Positions 10,801 to 20,103 of a DNA stretch of 64,000 nucleotides are shown here, one piece after another. A program made the position numbers and the translations under genes. Origin of the DNA: a virus; IMG/VR virus record IMGVR_UViG_3300044722_000002, positions 1 to 64,000 of that record; one strand, written 5' to 3'. Each line of letters starts with the position of its first letter. The stretch's first letter is position 1. Under the pieces are notes generated by a model. It was not told where the DNA came from. It saw nothing but the letters and a program-made list of their open reading frames with translations, and did no database searches.

Positions 10801-11094
10801 GTAAAGACACGCGGGGCGTTAGTGGCACCTATTGAACGCGCTTTTACATCGCTGGACACTTCACCAAGTGTTATTGGATCAAGTGATTTTGTGACTGCGA
10901 ATGCTGGTGCGACATCAATTACTACCCTCGATAACGGTATAACAGGACAGGCCGTCTACGTTCGCATCAACGACGCAAATACGACCTTTGTTAATGGCAG
11001 TGGTATTATCACTACCACCGGATCAAATGTCGCAGCTACCAATGGGCGTATTTACGCATTCAAATACCGTGGCGGTAATTGGATTCAGTTATAG
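7882..11094 (+). CDS. tailspike / receptor-binding protein with pectate-lyase-like beta-helix
   Basis: FNITAYGA and repeated WWG..A...T.AI/L.AA beta-helix cap motifs; Asn/Thr/Gly-rich; 1070 aa. Confidence 0.75.
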   Translation: MPQTTISETHFQPTVDDLGDNPYVRFWYTESYIAGDGVTPVVAGNGQSGFFLDVTCSIVSDRLVMPATDLWATTDGSPAISRFFGQLYSESGAPSVMLFGQNGGWQLPTVYGAVVSYDELATYNLAAYLLYAPSSYFTADQTIAEIRRLAGNFLYAAVGVNGISQPDVAPDNPAIPIFVGANSFATTSHSGIGKSSVTRSPTSDVTFVETTDSRLTTFFNITAYGASTANTAAQNATAIAAAVTAASAVNSGIYVPVGTFFTNSVTISVPITFEPGISVLEPDNGQTITITKSVEADLSQHFSNADSGHGTISFAGNSTLSSIPPQWWGMRASTTALVNSSKIHTAVAAAITANTGISISAGLFFVNDLTISVPLELAPGAILSAGVGRTITITKSISANVAQHFAGLGTVSFVGNSSQKDFEVAWWGADSAASGAATSTALNAAFAAWPDGATMHLSPHVVYTHAGITIDRKFASTLLGVDTLDGYLDAVTAPKFVYSGTDGGDAITISNCFAVTFRGFGSWGAVTNTVPGTTGAAKNLYVTMTPGGYPPISSQNVFQSVFLYAASTRADYISVDVDNATGVNNEFHQFNDCIIVGGTDVFGNIVGTGLHLGHANAKQIKINRTTFGSLAKAIDSHGGNFRGFGNTYGNCGVVYSGRFTDAVVDVGSDSESCVQIIDAEGSGNQPFTLIAGRFDAIRGGAVSASASRTTDHVVRYTTRLTLIGCTFGAWNETGNNSFSNHFIDGTDGVSAVGTLKWINSSVGGDGGPIPLLNFTQGLGTFARYDVDSDDYGPLQGSAVNAVQRSYTGLSTSGSIRDLLGVESTDSSVFGTGRVAAFDSTVIGPSAEIEIAGFAAPQRPDVSYAGANDAALNLSSLAVIARDALGNRTMPSVINQNVHGNTTLSGSNYIRVTWPAVKWNQVTATDYLLLQFSGGWRIIATVTPSGTATEHYDIIANPAGAFTYVIPTYNETAAVKTRGALVAPIERAFTSLDTSPSVIGSSDFVTANAGATSITTLDNGITGQAVYVRINDANTTFVNGSGIITTTGSNVAATNGRIYAFKYRGGNWIQL

Positions 11095-11108
11095 AGGAGA
11101 AATAAATT

Positions 11109-12233
11109 ATGCCCGGCCCCGGATCGTATGGCCCTGGACCCCAACAATCGTTGACGGTCAAAGAAGAAGATGGCTCACCCTCGATTTCAGGTGTGCGTAT
11201 TATCAAAGTTTCAAACGGCTCGCTCACTGACGACGGGGCGGGGATTGTGTCGATTGATACCAGCGGAGGCTCGGGAGACGTGGTTGGGCCAGCCTCAGCA
11301 GTCTCAGGTCATCTTGCGGTGTTCAGTGGAACTACCGGAAAGTTAATTGCAGATGGCGGGGTAGTGCCGACAGGGATTACTAACGGAGCAGGGACGAACG
11401 TAGTTCCTGTAAGCGACGGAACGAACCTCGTTGGCCCAGCCGGACTTGCCGCAACTCTTCCGCTCACTACGGGAAGTCTGGCGATTACCGGCACGCCTAC
11501 TAGCGGGAACCTTACATCAATCGCGGCCTCAGGCACGGGCGCAACTTCCAACACCAAGACCGGACTGAACGTCGCCACCAGTGGGGCGAATGCTACTTCA
11601 TCGCAGACAACGTTTGGCATACAGGTATCCAACCTCTCCACGGGCACTTCGTCCAAGAACATCGCCGCGAGTTTCAATGCAGACAACGGGGCAACCAACT
11701 GGGACGCACAGTTTGGAACGGGCGGTGCGGGTAACTCAGGAGTATGGGTAGAAAACATTGCAGGGTTCCGTCGGATAGGTTTAGACCGGACAGGGACGTT
11801 GACCTACCTCGAAGGCGACGGTCTTTTTATGGAGAATTCCAGCAGTGGGTCTGCGCTGGTGCAGTGGCGAGCAGACACAGCGATTGGAAGATCGGCGGCG
11901 GGGCTAGTCGAAGCCAATAACGGCACGCCGGGAACCTTTCGAGATTTCAAGGCCCGTGAGTTCATTGCCGACGCAACGGTCACTGCCGGAGGAACTACGG
12001 GCGCGCAGACTATTAACAAATCTGCCGGTTCGGTAAACTTCGCCGCTACTGCCACGTCCTTAGTCGTAACAAACTCACTGGTGACGGCTTCCAGTGTGAT
12101 CATTTGCACGGTTGCCGCTAATGACACAACTTTCAAATCTTGCCAAGTGGTAGCAGGAGCGGGATTCTTTACTATTTTTGCAAACGCAGCAGCCACAGGT
12201 GAAACAAGGGTAAATTTCTGGATTACCAACTAG
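11109..12233 (+). CDS. tail fibre-like protein
   Basis: GDVVGPASAV.GHLAVFSGTTGKLIAD fibre motif; C-terminal TINKSAGSV...VTNSLVTASS motif. Confidence 0.65.
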   Translation: MPGPGSYGPGPQQSLTVKEEDGSPSISGVRIIKVSNGSLTDDGAGIVSIDTSGGSGDVVGPASAVSGHLAVFSGTTGKLIADGGVVPTGITNGAGTNVVPVSDGTNLVGPAGLAATLPLTTGSLAITGTPTSGNLTSIAASGTGATSNTKTGLNVATSGANATSSQTTFGIQVSNLSTGTSSKNIAASFNADNGATNWDAQFGTGGAGNSGVWVENIAGFRRIGLDRTGTLTYLEGDGLFMENSSSGSALVQWRADTAIGRSAAGLVEANNGTPGTFRDFKAREFIADATVTAGGTTGAQTINKSAGSVNFAATATSLVVTNSLVTASSVIICTVAANDTTFKSCQVVAGAGFFTIFANAAATGETRVNFWITN

Positions 12234-12242
12234 GAGTCTGTT

Positions 12243-12692
12243 ATGTCAATCTTATCTCTAACGCTAAACGACTCAACGAAACTGTACGAGCTGGGCAATG
12301 GCGCACCAAAGTCTGTCTATCAATTCGTTTGGGACTTTGCGGTCTTAGGAGGCGCGGTAGGCTCAATCCCGCTCACGCAAATCAATGGCCCACTCCCAAA
12401 CAATTTCATGATCCAGAACGCCTGTCTTGATGTTATCACGGGAATGACAGGCGACATCGGAGCGACTGGGGCGGTGACAAGCGGTCAAGGCGCAAACGAT
12501 CTAGTAGTCGCTACTGTAGTTGCTGGTGCGCCATTCTCGACTACCGGGCCTAAAGTGACACTACCTTTACTCGGAACTATCGCAACCTGGGTCAAGACCA
12601 CGGCGCAGAGATCACCTGCATTGGTAATCGCCGTCAACGCGTTCACGGCCGGGAAGTTCAATCTTTGGGTTGAAGGTGTTGTGAGTTCGTGA
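12243..12692 (+). CDS. virion structural protein
   Basis: Last + strand gene of the tail module; GGAG RBS. Confidence 0.5.
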   Translation: MSILSLTLNDSTKLYELGNGAPKSVYQFVWDFAVLGGAVGSIPLTQINGPLPNNFMIQNACLDVITGMTGDIGATGAVTSGQGANDLVVATVVAGAPFSTTGPKVTLPLLGTIATWVKTTAQRSPALVIAVNAFTAGKFNLWVEGVVSS

Positions 12693-13211
12693 TTAGTAGT
12701 TACGCCGCGCCGCAAGAATATCGGCCTCAGTAATCCTCGGCCCCGGCCGGTTCAACCCGTGGTCAAAGTGCCCCATAATGGACTTCCCGCTGTTTACGTC
12801 CGGCAATCCCAACGAATGCCCTGTCTCATGCCCCACGAAGCTCTCAATCGCGTCCAGAGCCTGTGTGCGAGGGTCTAGCTCGATTACCGCACAGCCGATG
12901 AATTGAGTGTTGATAATCGGCCACGCGGTCAGGTGAGCGAGTTCTGAGGGGTTGGACGAGACGGCACGGGTGAGGGTTAGGCAATTTTCACACTTCATTA
13001 CTTCAGATGTGTTGCCCGCCTCCGTGAAGGCTATGTTCGCGACATTCCACAATCTCATGCCGCGAAATGCGGCTGCTCGCTGTTCAGGTGAGAATCCAGG
13101 CATGAAGTAGACGGGAACGTTGGTATCCGGTCGCCAGCGATAGAACGACTGGCAGTGGGTCAGTGTCCAGCAGGTAAGGAGGATGATGATTGTCCAGACT
13201 GCGCGTTTCAT
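12693..13211 (-). CDS. secreted matrixin-like (M10) zinc metallopeptidase
   Basis: Signal peptide; HETGHSLGLPD (HExxHxxGxxD) and SIM Met-turn. Confidence 0.8.
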   Translation of the reverse strand: MKRAVWTIIILLTCWTLTHCQSFYRWRPDTNVPVYFMPGFSPEQRAAAFRGMRLWNVANIAFTEAGNTSEVMKCENCLTLTRAVSSNPSELAHLTAWPIINTQFIGCAVIELDPRTQALDAIESFVGHETGHSLGLPDVNSGKSIMGHFDHGLNRPGPRITEADILAARRNY

Positions 13212-13217
13212 GGAGCG

Positions 13218-13796
13218 TTATACTTTCTTGAATTCGATTACCCACACGAACGGGTTACTCTCCCATGAGTAGCCGCGCTTGGCGCTGAGCGCGTTCCATC
13301 CCTCCGCCCACAATCTTCGCTCCCAATCAAACTCTGAAATGTAAGTGCCGTTAGGGTAGTCTTTAGGCAAAATTCCCTCAGCCTGAATGTCCGCGCTACT
13401 TATCTCCTGCAATCGCTCAACGCGAATATTTGTGATTTCTAAAGTGATGCGTGATGCGATTCGCGGGAGGAAGATTGAGGGATACCATCGCGCTACATCA
13501 GCGTTTTCACTGGCTGCTCTGTATACGTATGTGACGTTTTTGCCGGTTTTCCAATTTCCGATTTGACCGCTCGGTGCGTAGGCACTGAAAGTCTCGCGCA
13601 CCCAAAGACGATCACCGGGCTTGCCGTAGGGACACTTCACATCAATGAAGCCTGCTTCCCAAGCAGCCGAAACAACTTCTTCTTGACCGCTGTGTAGCTT
13701 CGGCTGCGGTTTCACAACCCGCCGCGACTGAGTCTTTCGCCCTTCCAGAATCGCGCGCACCATAGCTCCTGCAAATAGAATCGGGTGTTCCGTCAT
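13218..13796 (-). CDS. ASCH/PUA-like phage protein
   Basis: PILFAGAMVRAILEGRKTQSRR, CPYGKPGDRLWVRET and WESNPFVWVIEF motifs. Confidence 0.8.
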   Translation of the reverse strand: MTEHPILFAGAMVRAILEGRKTQSRRVVKPQPKLHSGQEEVVSAAWEAGFIDVKCPYGKPGDRLWVRETFSAYAPSGQIGNWKTGKNVTYVYRAASENADVARWYPSIFLPRIASRITLEITNIRVERLQEISSADIQAEGILPKDYPNGTYISEFDWERRLWAEGWNALSAKRGYSWESNPFVWVIEFKKV

Positions 13797-14233
13797 TACT
13801 CAACCTCCCTAACGCTCACAAGTGCAGCGCGGAATTCTTTATAGTCGTAGTAGCGAATGCGAAGAGTAATCCACTTACCCTTAACCATTCCTTTAGCTTC
13901 ATTCCACTGAGGTAGAAGATAAAACAGTGCTCCCGGTGCTGCGCGCCACACGGCATACCTCAGGTGCACGTTCGTCCAGATATCTCCCCCAGTAGAAGGC
14001 TGGGCGTTACCTGACAATATCTCCGGATCACGAAGCGATGGCCAGTCAAGTTTCAGATGACCAACCATCACAACGTCACGTTCTACTCGACGCAAGTGAT
14101 CGTCAAACGTGAACGTGGAAGTTCGGGTGACTGTGTGACCTTCACTCTCGACTGTAACCTCACGCTTGTAGGCGTAGTTCACCTGGGCGTTGATTGAGAC
14201 AGCGAAGAGGAAGATGAGCGCGACTTTAATCAT
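13796..14233 (-). CDS. secreted hypothetical protein
   Basis: MIKVALIFLFAVSINAQ signal peptide; ATGA overlap. Confidence 0.55.
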   Translation of the reverse strand: MIKVALIFLFAVSINAQVNYAYKREVTVESEGHTVTRTSTFTFDDHLRRVERDVVMVGHLKLDWPSLRDPEILSGNAQPSTGGDIWTNVHLRYAVWRAAPGALFYLLPQWNEAKGMVKGKWITLRIRYYDYKEFRAALVSVREVE

Positions 14234-14640
14234 GGGCGCCCTTTCGCGTGTTTTGTCTGCATATGGCGAGAAACGTTGGTGAACGTTCGGTTGCATTCGG
14301 GGCAGACGCCGTTATCCACGCGGGCGAGCTTCTTCTTGGCCTTGGTAACAACACCCTTGAGTGCGGTTATCTTATGAAAGCGACTGACGGATTCCCGTTG
14401 CGCGACTCGCCGCTGACCGGTCTCCCATTCCAGCGCGCGCTCCTTGGCGGCTAACCGCTCGCGTAACTCCTCTGCTTCGCTCTTGCCTGTGAAGTGTTGC
14501 CCGTGTCCAGTCGGGCAATAGAACGAATCGCGCAAGCGGCGTCGTTCTTGATAAAACTGCTCGGACATTGCGAACGTCATATAACATTGACAGCATTCGA
14601 TCTGCTTTAGGTTGAATTGAAACTGTAGTACCGCACTCAT
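14230..14640 (-). CDS. zinc-finger/coiled-coil protein
   Basis: CCQC..FYCPTGH N-terminus; C2H2 finger CPECNRTFTNVSRHMQTKH. Confidence 0.7.
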   Translation of the reverse strand: MSAVLQFQFNLKQIECCQCYMTFAMSEQFYQERRRLRDSFYCPTGHGQHFTGKSEAEELRERLAAKERALEWETGQRRVAQRESVSRFHKITALKGVVTKAKKKLARVDNGVCPECNRTFTNVSRHMQTKHAKGRP

Positions 14641-14700
14641 AAAACCTCTCCTATTTTCACCTGACCCCGGGAGACTGCTTCTTCTCTTCCTGATACCGTG

Positions 14701-15360
14701 CTATAGCTGCACGGGCATCCAGTGAGTCGCCCAATGTTTACACTGATCGCCTCCTGAGACGGTGAACAGTCCGCCCTTGGTTTTACGGACAAGAGCGCAA
14801 CGCACTGGACCATAGTCCCTTATGTCGGCCACGATGATCGGGTCGCATACGGTAGCCTCTGGCGCAGTTCCTATCGGTTGCCACGCTGGTTGGTCTGCTG
14901 GAGCGTGTCTCAGTAAGTTCAGCGCCGCCTCCGCGTCTTCTTCTGATTCGTAGTAGGCTATTAGCTTCCATTCATCATCGCCGCAATCTGTGATCGTGCT
15001 TGAAAGCGGAGCCGTAGAGGCTGGATGAGAAGCCGCCCACTTTCTAACTTTTGCCATTGCTTTAGCCGGTGTTGCGCCTTCGCATTCCCACATGGCTACC
15101 TCAATCAATACGCGACGCTCTGTGCCGTCGTGTAAGGTCCTGCTATCGCGTACTCTGACATGGACATCTGGATTGGGGAACATGTCTCGCAACTCAGCTA
15201 ATGCCGACTCAACGCTTTGCTCTGCTCTGGCATTAGCAATGGCTTGGGCAATGGCGGCCACTAAATCCTTTCCAACTTCCGCCGTTGTCTCTTGAGCGAC
15301 AATGAACGGTGTGATCAGGTCAGCCGCCTTCTCCCGATCTTTATCTTTTATCCGGGCCAT
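14701..15360 (-). CDS. hypothetical protein with DUF551-like C-terminus
   Basis: WQPIGTAP...ATHWMP motif. Confidence 0.6.
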   Translation of the reverse strand: MARIKDKDREKAADLITPFIVAQETTAEVGKDLVAAIAQAIANARAEQSVESALAELRDMFPNPDVHVRVRDSRTLHDGTERRVLIEVAMWECEGATPAKAMAKVRKWAASHPASTAPLSSTITDCGDDEWKLIAYYESEEDAEAALNLLRHAPADQPAWQPIGTAPEATVCDPIIVADIRDYGPVRCALVRKTKGGLFTVSGGDQCKHWATHWMPVQL

Positions 15361-15380
15361 TGGGTTTACTCTCCTTCCAA

Positions 15381-15704
15381 TTACTGCGGATTGGGTTCAT
15401 CGATAGGCTCATAGGGATGAATCACGCGAGGCTGGCATAGGCAGTTATTATCACCATCGCAACCGTGCTTGTGGACGACTACCATGCTGCCATCTGCCGC
15501 CGCCCGTTCAGAGGCCACCGTAACCATTTCCTTAAAGCTACCTACGTCGATTAGCGATGCTGGCTCACCTATTGAGCGCCCAGCGGTCCCTGTAGCGGGC
15601 TTAACGTGCTTCAGGGAGTTGCATCGCCAGCACATGATGAAGTCCCCCGAAGTGTGATCCTTATGCCCAACGAGCTGACACCAAATCCAATGGAGCGGCT
15701 TCAT
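15381..15704 (-). CDS. hypothetical protein
   Basis: Coupled ORF in the early operon. Confidence 0.5.
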   Translation of the reverse strand: MKPLHWIWCQLVGHKDHTSGDFIMCWRCNSLKHVKPATGTAGRSIGEPASLIDVGSFKEMVTVASERAAADGSMVVVHKHGCDGDNNCLCQPRVIHPYEPIDEPNPQ

Positions 15705-16241
15705 TTATTTACTCTCCTTGTAATCGAGCGCGACGAACGCGGCCAGTTCTTTCTCAGCCATCGTGTCGAGTCGCCAGCGAGCGGCAAAGATGGAGATCCA
15801 ATCGTCGTTTATTTGGGCCATTGGGTATTTCTCACCTGATTCCTCTCGAATGGCAGTCGCGTCAGCGTAGTCAACCAATGCTTGCCGCAAAATATCGTGC
15901 GCTTGCCGTTGCTCGGAATCGTTAATCGTCACGTTCAGCAATCCAACTGCCTGGCAGATAGCCGTGTGCAATATGGAAGTCAACTTGCTAGTGGGTCTGC
16001 CTTCCTTTACTCGGCACTCCTGACCGCATTTCACGCAGTAGCGGTACCGCACTTCGGCATCACAGCATTTAGACACCAACCCCCGCTCTCTTTGCTCTGC
16101 TCTGGCATCAGCAAGGGCAGCGTTGATGTAGGTCACTAAGGCGTCAGTGCAGTCGGAGTTGGAATGAGCGTAGTCATGAAGAATCGCTCTTACCTTTCTC
16201 CGCGTCGCCTTCTCCGCTGCTTCATCACCTACCTGGGCCAT
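15705..16241 (-). CDS. hypothetical protein
   Basis: Coupled ORF with a Cys cluster; GGAG RBS. Confidence 0.5.
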   Translation of the reverse strand: MAQVGDEAAEKATRRKVRAILHDYAHSNSDCTDALVTYINAALADARAEQRERGLVSKCCDAEVRYRYCVKCGQECRVKEGRPTSKLTSILHTAICQAVGLLNVTINDSEQRQAHDILRQALVDYADATAIREESGEKYPMAQINDDWISIFAARWRLDTMAEKELAAFVALDYKESK

Positions 16242-16419
16242 TGGGTTTACTCTCCTTCGCTAGTTCGTGATCGTAGCCTACTGGAAAACAGGCGCAGTCG
16301 AGTGGATGAAGTCCACACCCAACGCAGCCATGTTGATTCACCTTGCGGCCACAGCCACAGTTGGGCAACTTATCGTAATACTCACGATAGCGGCGGTCCG
16401 CCTCAGCTTTTGTCACCAT
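16225..16419 (-). CDS. small Cys-rich protein
   Basis: CGC...CVGC...CAC; coupled ORF. Confidence 0.45.
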   Translation of the reverse strand: MVTKAEADRRYREYYDKLPNCGCGRKVNQHGCVGCGLHPLDCACFPVGYDHELAKESKPNGPGR

Positions 16420-17127
16420 TTACTCACTCTCCTTGTTGCGGATAACAGCGCAATAAACACAGCAGCCAGTATCGTCATAGACGTGTTCCGGTTGCAGGGC
16501 AAAGGTTCCTCCACTAAGGGGCACGATACACGTCTCTGGATTGAGAATGTGTGCCGCAAATTTACCTTCCTGTTTGATGGAGTCGTTTACAATTTCTGCA
16601 ATCCTTGCGTTTCGCACGCGTTCTGCTGCTACTGCTGCATCCCGAACCTTGTCTATGATGGCTGCTATCTGACTTAAAATAGCTTTAGCCCGGCCTTCGT
16701 TACGGTAATCCGGCTCGTCATATACTACCGCAATGCGAACGTCCTCAAACTGAGTACTGTCCAACGCTCGCGCAATTTGTCGACTCGCTTCCATTGCAAT
16801 CTCACTTACTTTGGCCGGCATCGCTACTGACTGTTGTGCCGCTTTAATCGTCTCATCCAACGCCACATCCAGAACGTAGTTGCCTATGATGGCAGCGGAA
16901 TGGCCGGGCGTGACGCTGCCTGTCCCCGCCGATTTACCCAGTTTGTCGAGCATCGCGCCACCGACACCAATTAGATCGTCCGCGTGGTGCTTTAACGTTT
17001 GCCGATCCGGCTCGTCAATGCCCTCTGAGAACAGGTCAAGGAACTCAGACAGGCATCTGTCAAGCCTGCCGATGCGATTATCAAACTCGGCTCGTTCACA
17101 CTGCTCATTGCTTACCCTCTCTTTCAT
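16420..17127 (-). CDS. hypothetical protein
   Basis: 235 aa coupled ORF. Confidence 0.5.
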   Translation of the reverse strand: MKERVSNEQCERAEFDNRIGRLDRCLSEFLDLFSEGIDEPDRQTLKHHADDLIGVGGAMLDKLGKSAGTGSVTPGHSAAIIGNYVLDVALDETIKAAQQSVAMPAKVSEIAMEASRQIARALDSTQFEDVRIAVVYDEPDYRNEGRAKAILSQIAAIIDKVRDAAVAAERVRNARIAEIVNDSIKQEGKFAAHILNPETCIVPLSGGTFALQPEHVYDDTGCCVYCAVIRNKESE

Positions 17128-17603
17128 AGATCATCCGTAACGACGCAGCCTTCACAATGAGGCGGTTCGGTTGGCGGCAAAAGCTCAGCGGAGCAGATGG
17201 CGCAAGTGTCGCGTCCGTTCAACCGGTCTATCTCTTCCTTTGCTGCTGATAATTCAGAGCGGAGGAAGTCTATTTGTTTATCTTTAACGCCTTGGTCTCC
17301 CAGCGTTGTTATGATTACCCCAATTTCCCCGCGACAGATGGCGCACGCGGCACAACACGACGGCCTTCGCTCACTCTCTTCTAATGCCGAGAGTAGGTAG
17401 TCGATGTCAGCGGGAGCGTTGGCGATAAACTCCGCGTCATACTGGCGTCTTACTTCCCTGCCAAATTCCTGAATGTACGCACCGTTAGCAGATTTTATGT
17501 GCGGATATTTTCTGCCCTGCTGTACGATCCACGGCGCAGGTGTAATTCCCGCTCGCCGTTCTCTTATAGCTTTGATAGCGTCAGTTGAATTAGTTTTACT
17601 CAT
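17124..17603 (-). CDS. Ead/Ea22-like protein
   Basis: TPAPW...DAEFIANAPADIDYLL motif. Confidence 0.6.
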   Translation of the reverse strand: MSKTNSTDAIKAIRERRAGITPAPWIVQQGRKYPHIKSANGAYIQEFGREVRRQYDAEFIANAPADIDYLLSALEESERRPSCCAACAICRGEIGVIITTLGDQGVKDKQIDFLRSELSAAKEEIDRLNGRDTCAICSAELLPPTEPPHCEGCVVTDDL

Positions 17604-17675
17604 TGAGACCTCGGATCATTGTTCTCTGGTTGGACGCCAGTAGTGAGTAGAGCGCGGATTTGCTTGGCAATAAAC

Positions 17676-18776
17676 TCAGCCGCCGTCTAGCTCTGGCATT
17701 CTTGCGTCATACCGATCATATTCATCTGCAACCTTCGCTGCTGCTTCTATCCCGGCCCGCTGTCCTGCGCGATACATGTCTGAGCCTGTAAGGGCTGATT
17801 CAACCAAAAATCTCACAGCGGCTAAGTCTTGGGACTCAGAATCGACCGACGTACCCAACAGTCCTGCGTTAGTAAGCTTCTCCGCGATCTCGCTTGCCAT
17901 CGCTGTAGCTTGAGCAGTGTCCTGCGGTCTCCATGACGACTCGATCCATTCTTCAAACTTTATTCGCGTGTGAATTTCGAGTGCGGTGTGGTCAGGCGCA
18001 CATTCTCCCGTCTCTATCCAGTGTGTTAGATATTTAGCCGCGTCGTCGCGCATCCCTGTGAAAAGATTTGGCCCCAATGATTCGTCAAACCAGTGATGAA
18101 CAAGTTCAAGAAACCATCGCACGACTGTTTCGGGGTGGGCGCGAGATGTCATGTAATAGCCCTTCGGAGCAGCATCCAACACTTTGTATTTGGTAATAAC
18201 AACCGAGGAATGCCCTAGGTCGGCGTCCTTCCCTGAATCTTGTACTGGTTGGTTAAGTTGATGGCGGGTGTTCCAAGTTGTAACAGCCTCCGAGACGCTG
18301 CTGTAGTTTGGAAAACCCCCTTCTGCCAGCCGCTGGCAATTACAGGACGGGCAGTGAACCTGCCAGCAGTTATCAATCAGCATAATCTTACCGTGCTCAA
18401 TTACAGCCTCTTGTTCTAGCGATGGCTCTCCGCCGCAAAATGGACACGGCAATAGTTCTTGTTCTCTAATTGGCCCACGACCACCACCCCACCCGAGCGG
18501 CTGATCATAGGCGGGCGATGCTGGTGATGGCTCTTGCTCTCCACCCTGAGAGGGAACTTCTGGTTCCCACTGGCTATCATCGTAACTTTCGCCGCCAACT
18601 ATGCTCCCTAGTCGCGGACTCAACACCTGTGGGTAATCAAAGGTGTACTTGAAGCCGCGCTCCGTTATCTCAGTCACGGTCGCTGGCGGATAATAGATTG
18701 CATGGCGATTCTTAATGCGGCTACCAACGCTGAACCGCGTAGGCTGAGAGGAAGCATCTGATTTATCTGTGGTCAT
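17676..18776 (-). CDS. mosaic protein with Lar-like zinc ribbon (C-terminus possibly frameshifted)
   Basis: LLPCPFCGGE...CPSC...AVTTWNTR motif. Confidence 0.6.
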   Translation of the reverse strand: MTTDKSDASSQPTRFSVGSRIKNRHAIYYPPATVTEITERGFKYTFDYPQVLSPRLGSIVGGESYDDSQWEPEVPSQGGEQEPSPASPAYDQPLGWGGGRGPIREQELLPCPFCGGEPSLEQEAVIEHGKIMLIDNCWQVHCPSCNCQRLAEGGFPNYSSVSEAVTTWNTRHQLNQPVQDSGKDADLGHSSVVITKYKVLDAAPKGYYMTSRAHPETVVRWFLELVHHWFDESLGPNLFTGMRDDAAKYLTHWIETGECAPDHTALEIHTRIKFEEWIESSWRPQDTAQATAMASEIAEKLTNAGLLGTSVDSESQDLAAVRFLVESALTGSDMYRAGQRAGIEAAAKVADEYDRYDARMPELDGG

Positions 18777-18958
18777 TAGAATAAGTCCTCGTAAATTGAA
18801 TTCACCTCTTCGTCGGTCGCGTCCGCTACTTTTGAAAAGTCAACGCGGCTGAAATCGACACCGGCAGATACCAAGTGTTTTGCGACTCCCGCCATAATGA
18901 GTGGAAGCCGTTCGCGGAATCTAATCTTGGCAATCTCTCGCAGGATAGCGATGTTCAC
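18776..18958 (-). CDS. hypothetical protein
   Basis: GTG start one base after the previous TGA; MNIAILREIAKIRF... Confidence 0.45.
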   Translation of the reverse strand: MNIAILREIAKIRFRERLPLIMAGVAKHLVSAGVDFSRVDFSKVADATDEEVNSIYEDLF

Positions 18959-18959
18959 G

Positions 18960-19619
18960 TCAACACGCTTCTCTGTTGTTTCGAAGGTGAATAAGGGCAG
19001 TGGACGCTTCCGGCTGGGTCTCGGCAGTTTTTTCCATCGCACGGGCCTGCTCGTAAAACTTCATGCAGATCGAGTGACTAAAGCCACAGCAAAACGACTT
19101 CTTGAACGATACCATCCACCAGCGAAAGGTTGCGCCGGAATAACCCCAGGTATTTCGGGCTTTGCACTTTTCTCGTTGCTCGTCTCGGTTGTCCTTGGCG
19201 GCTTTCTCCGCAAGGTCTAAAGCCAGCCTTGTGAAGTAGCGGTAAAGTGACAAGCAGATAGAACGGTCAGACGGCCTGCCAACAAAGCAAACGGAATTGC
19301 AATGTTGGGTAATAAGTAGCGCGCAGTTGTTATTGCGAGCAATCGCTTCTGCTAGCTCTTCTTGCCATTCGACGCGACGGGTCTCATATGGCACGCTACT
19401 GTCGTCGTGGTGCGTGTGAGCCCACTCTAGATCAATTGGCTCGGACGCCTGCTCCTCGAATTCAATTTCGCTCATTTCCAAACCGTGCTTAGTGAGCAGG
19501 GTTTGAACCTGAGAAGCAAAAGCCTCGGCTTCGGCGATACTGCCAATGTCACGTGCACCTTGTTCGTGACGAACCATCTTCGCCAGTTTTTCAATAATCT
19601 CTGCTTTTGGCCGTAACAT
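18960..19619 (-). CDS. DUF2786-domain protein
   Basis: IIEKLAKM...EAEAFASQVQTLLTKHGL N-terminus; SFCCGF C-terminal motif. Confidence 0.7.
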   Translation of the reverse strand: MLRPKAEIIEKLAKMVRHEQGARDIGSIAEAEAFASQVQTLLTKHGLEMSEIEFEEQASEPIDLEWAHTHHDDSSVPYETRRVEWQEELAEAIARNNNCALLITQHCNSVCFVGRPSDRSICLSLYRYFTRLALDLAEKAAKDNRDEQREKCKARNTWGYSGATFRWWMVSFKKSFCCGFSHSICMKFYEQARAMEKTAETQPEASTALIHLRNNREAC

Positions 19620-19825
19620 TACCCCGCCTTCCTTCGATAGGTGATCACTCGCTCAAAATTCAGCGCGCGCAGTATCCGCGATCCAACCGGAAGCCGGCCC
19701 CGCAACACATCAGACAGATACTGCTCGGAAACCTCCGCCTTGGCGGCAAAGTTCTTCTGCGATCCGAGAGCCGCAACGGTTTTCCGCAAGTACTCCAATA
19801 CGTCTTCTTCGTCATACTGTTTCAT
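19619..19825 (-). CDS. XRE/Cro-like HTH protein
   Basis: GSQKNFAAKAEVSEQYLSDVLRGR. Confidence 0.8.
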   Translation of the reverse strand: MKQYDEEDVLEYLRKTVAALGSQKNFAAKAEVSEQYLSDVLRGRLPVGSRILRALNFERVITYRRKAG

Positions 19826-19833
19826 GGGGTATG

Positions 19834-19862
19834 CTTATATACGGATTCACGGAGAGTGTCAA
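19834..19862 (-). promoter_or_regulatory. sigma70 promoter, leaderless
   Basis: TTGACA-N17-TATAAG, 8 nt before ATG 19825. Confidence 0.7.
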
Positions 19863-19886
19863 CAGTTATTTTCATGTAGACACAAC

Positions 19887-19918
19887 GACGCCTCTCAAGT
19901 TTCCCTGAGAGGCGTTTT
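19887..19918. terminator. intrinsic terminator hairpin
   Basis: GACGCCTCTCA-loop-TGAGAGGCGTTTT. Confidence 0.6.
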
Positions 19919-20103
19919 CGTCTTTGGCTGAAGCCCGGCGACGCTGGTCTTAGTTATTTGCCGAATTGAAGGTTCGTAGTCGCCTAACGCTCATTTTCTT
20001 TTTCTCCTGTTTCAAACGGTTGAAGATTGAATTCATACTTCACAAGGGCAGCATCATACTCTCATGGCCCATGCAGTCAAGATACTATTTCGTGTAGATA
20101 CAG

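Noticed and set aside
7882-12233. Diversity-generating retroelement acting on the tail fibres
   Set aside because: No reverse transcriptase and no TR/VR repeat pair seen
18776-19619. Frameshifted single DUF2786 gene
   Set aside because: The downstream frame has its own GTG one base after the stop and does not resemble a DUF2786 C-terminus
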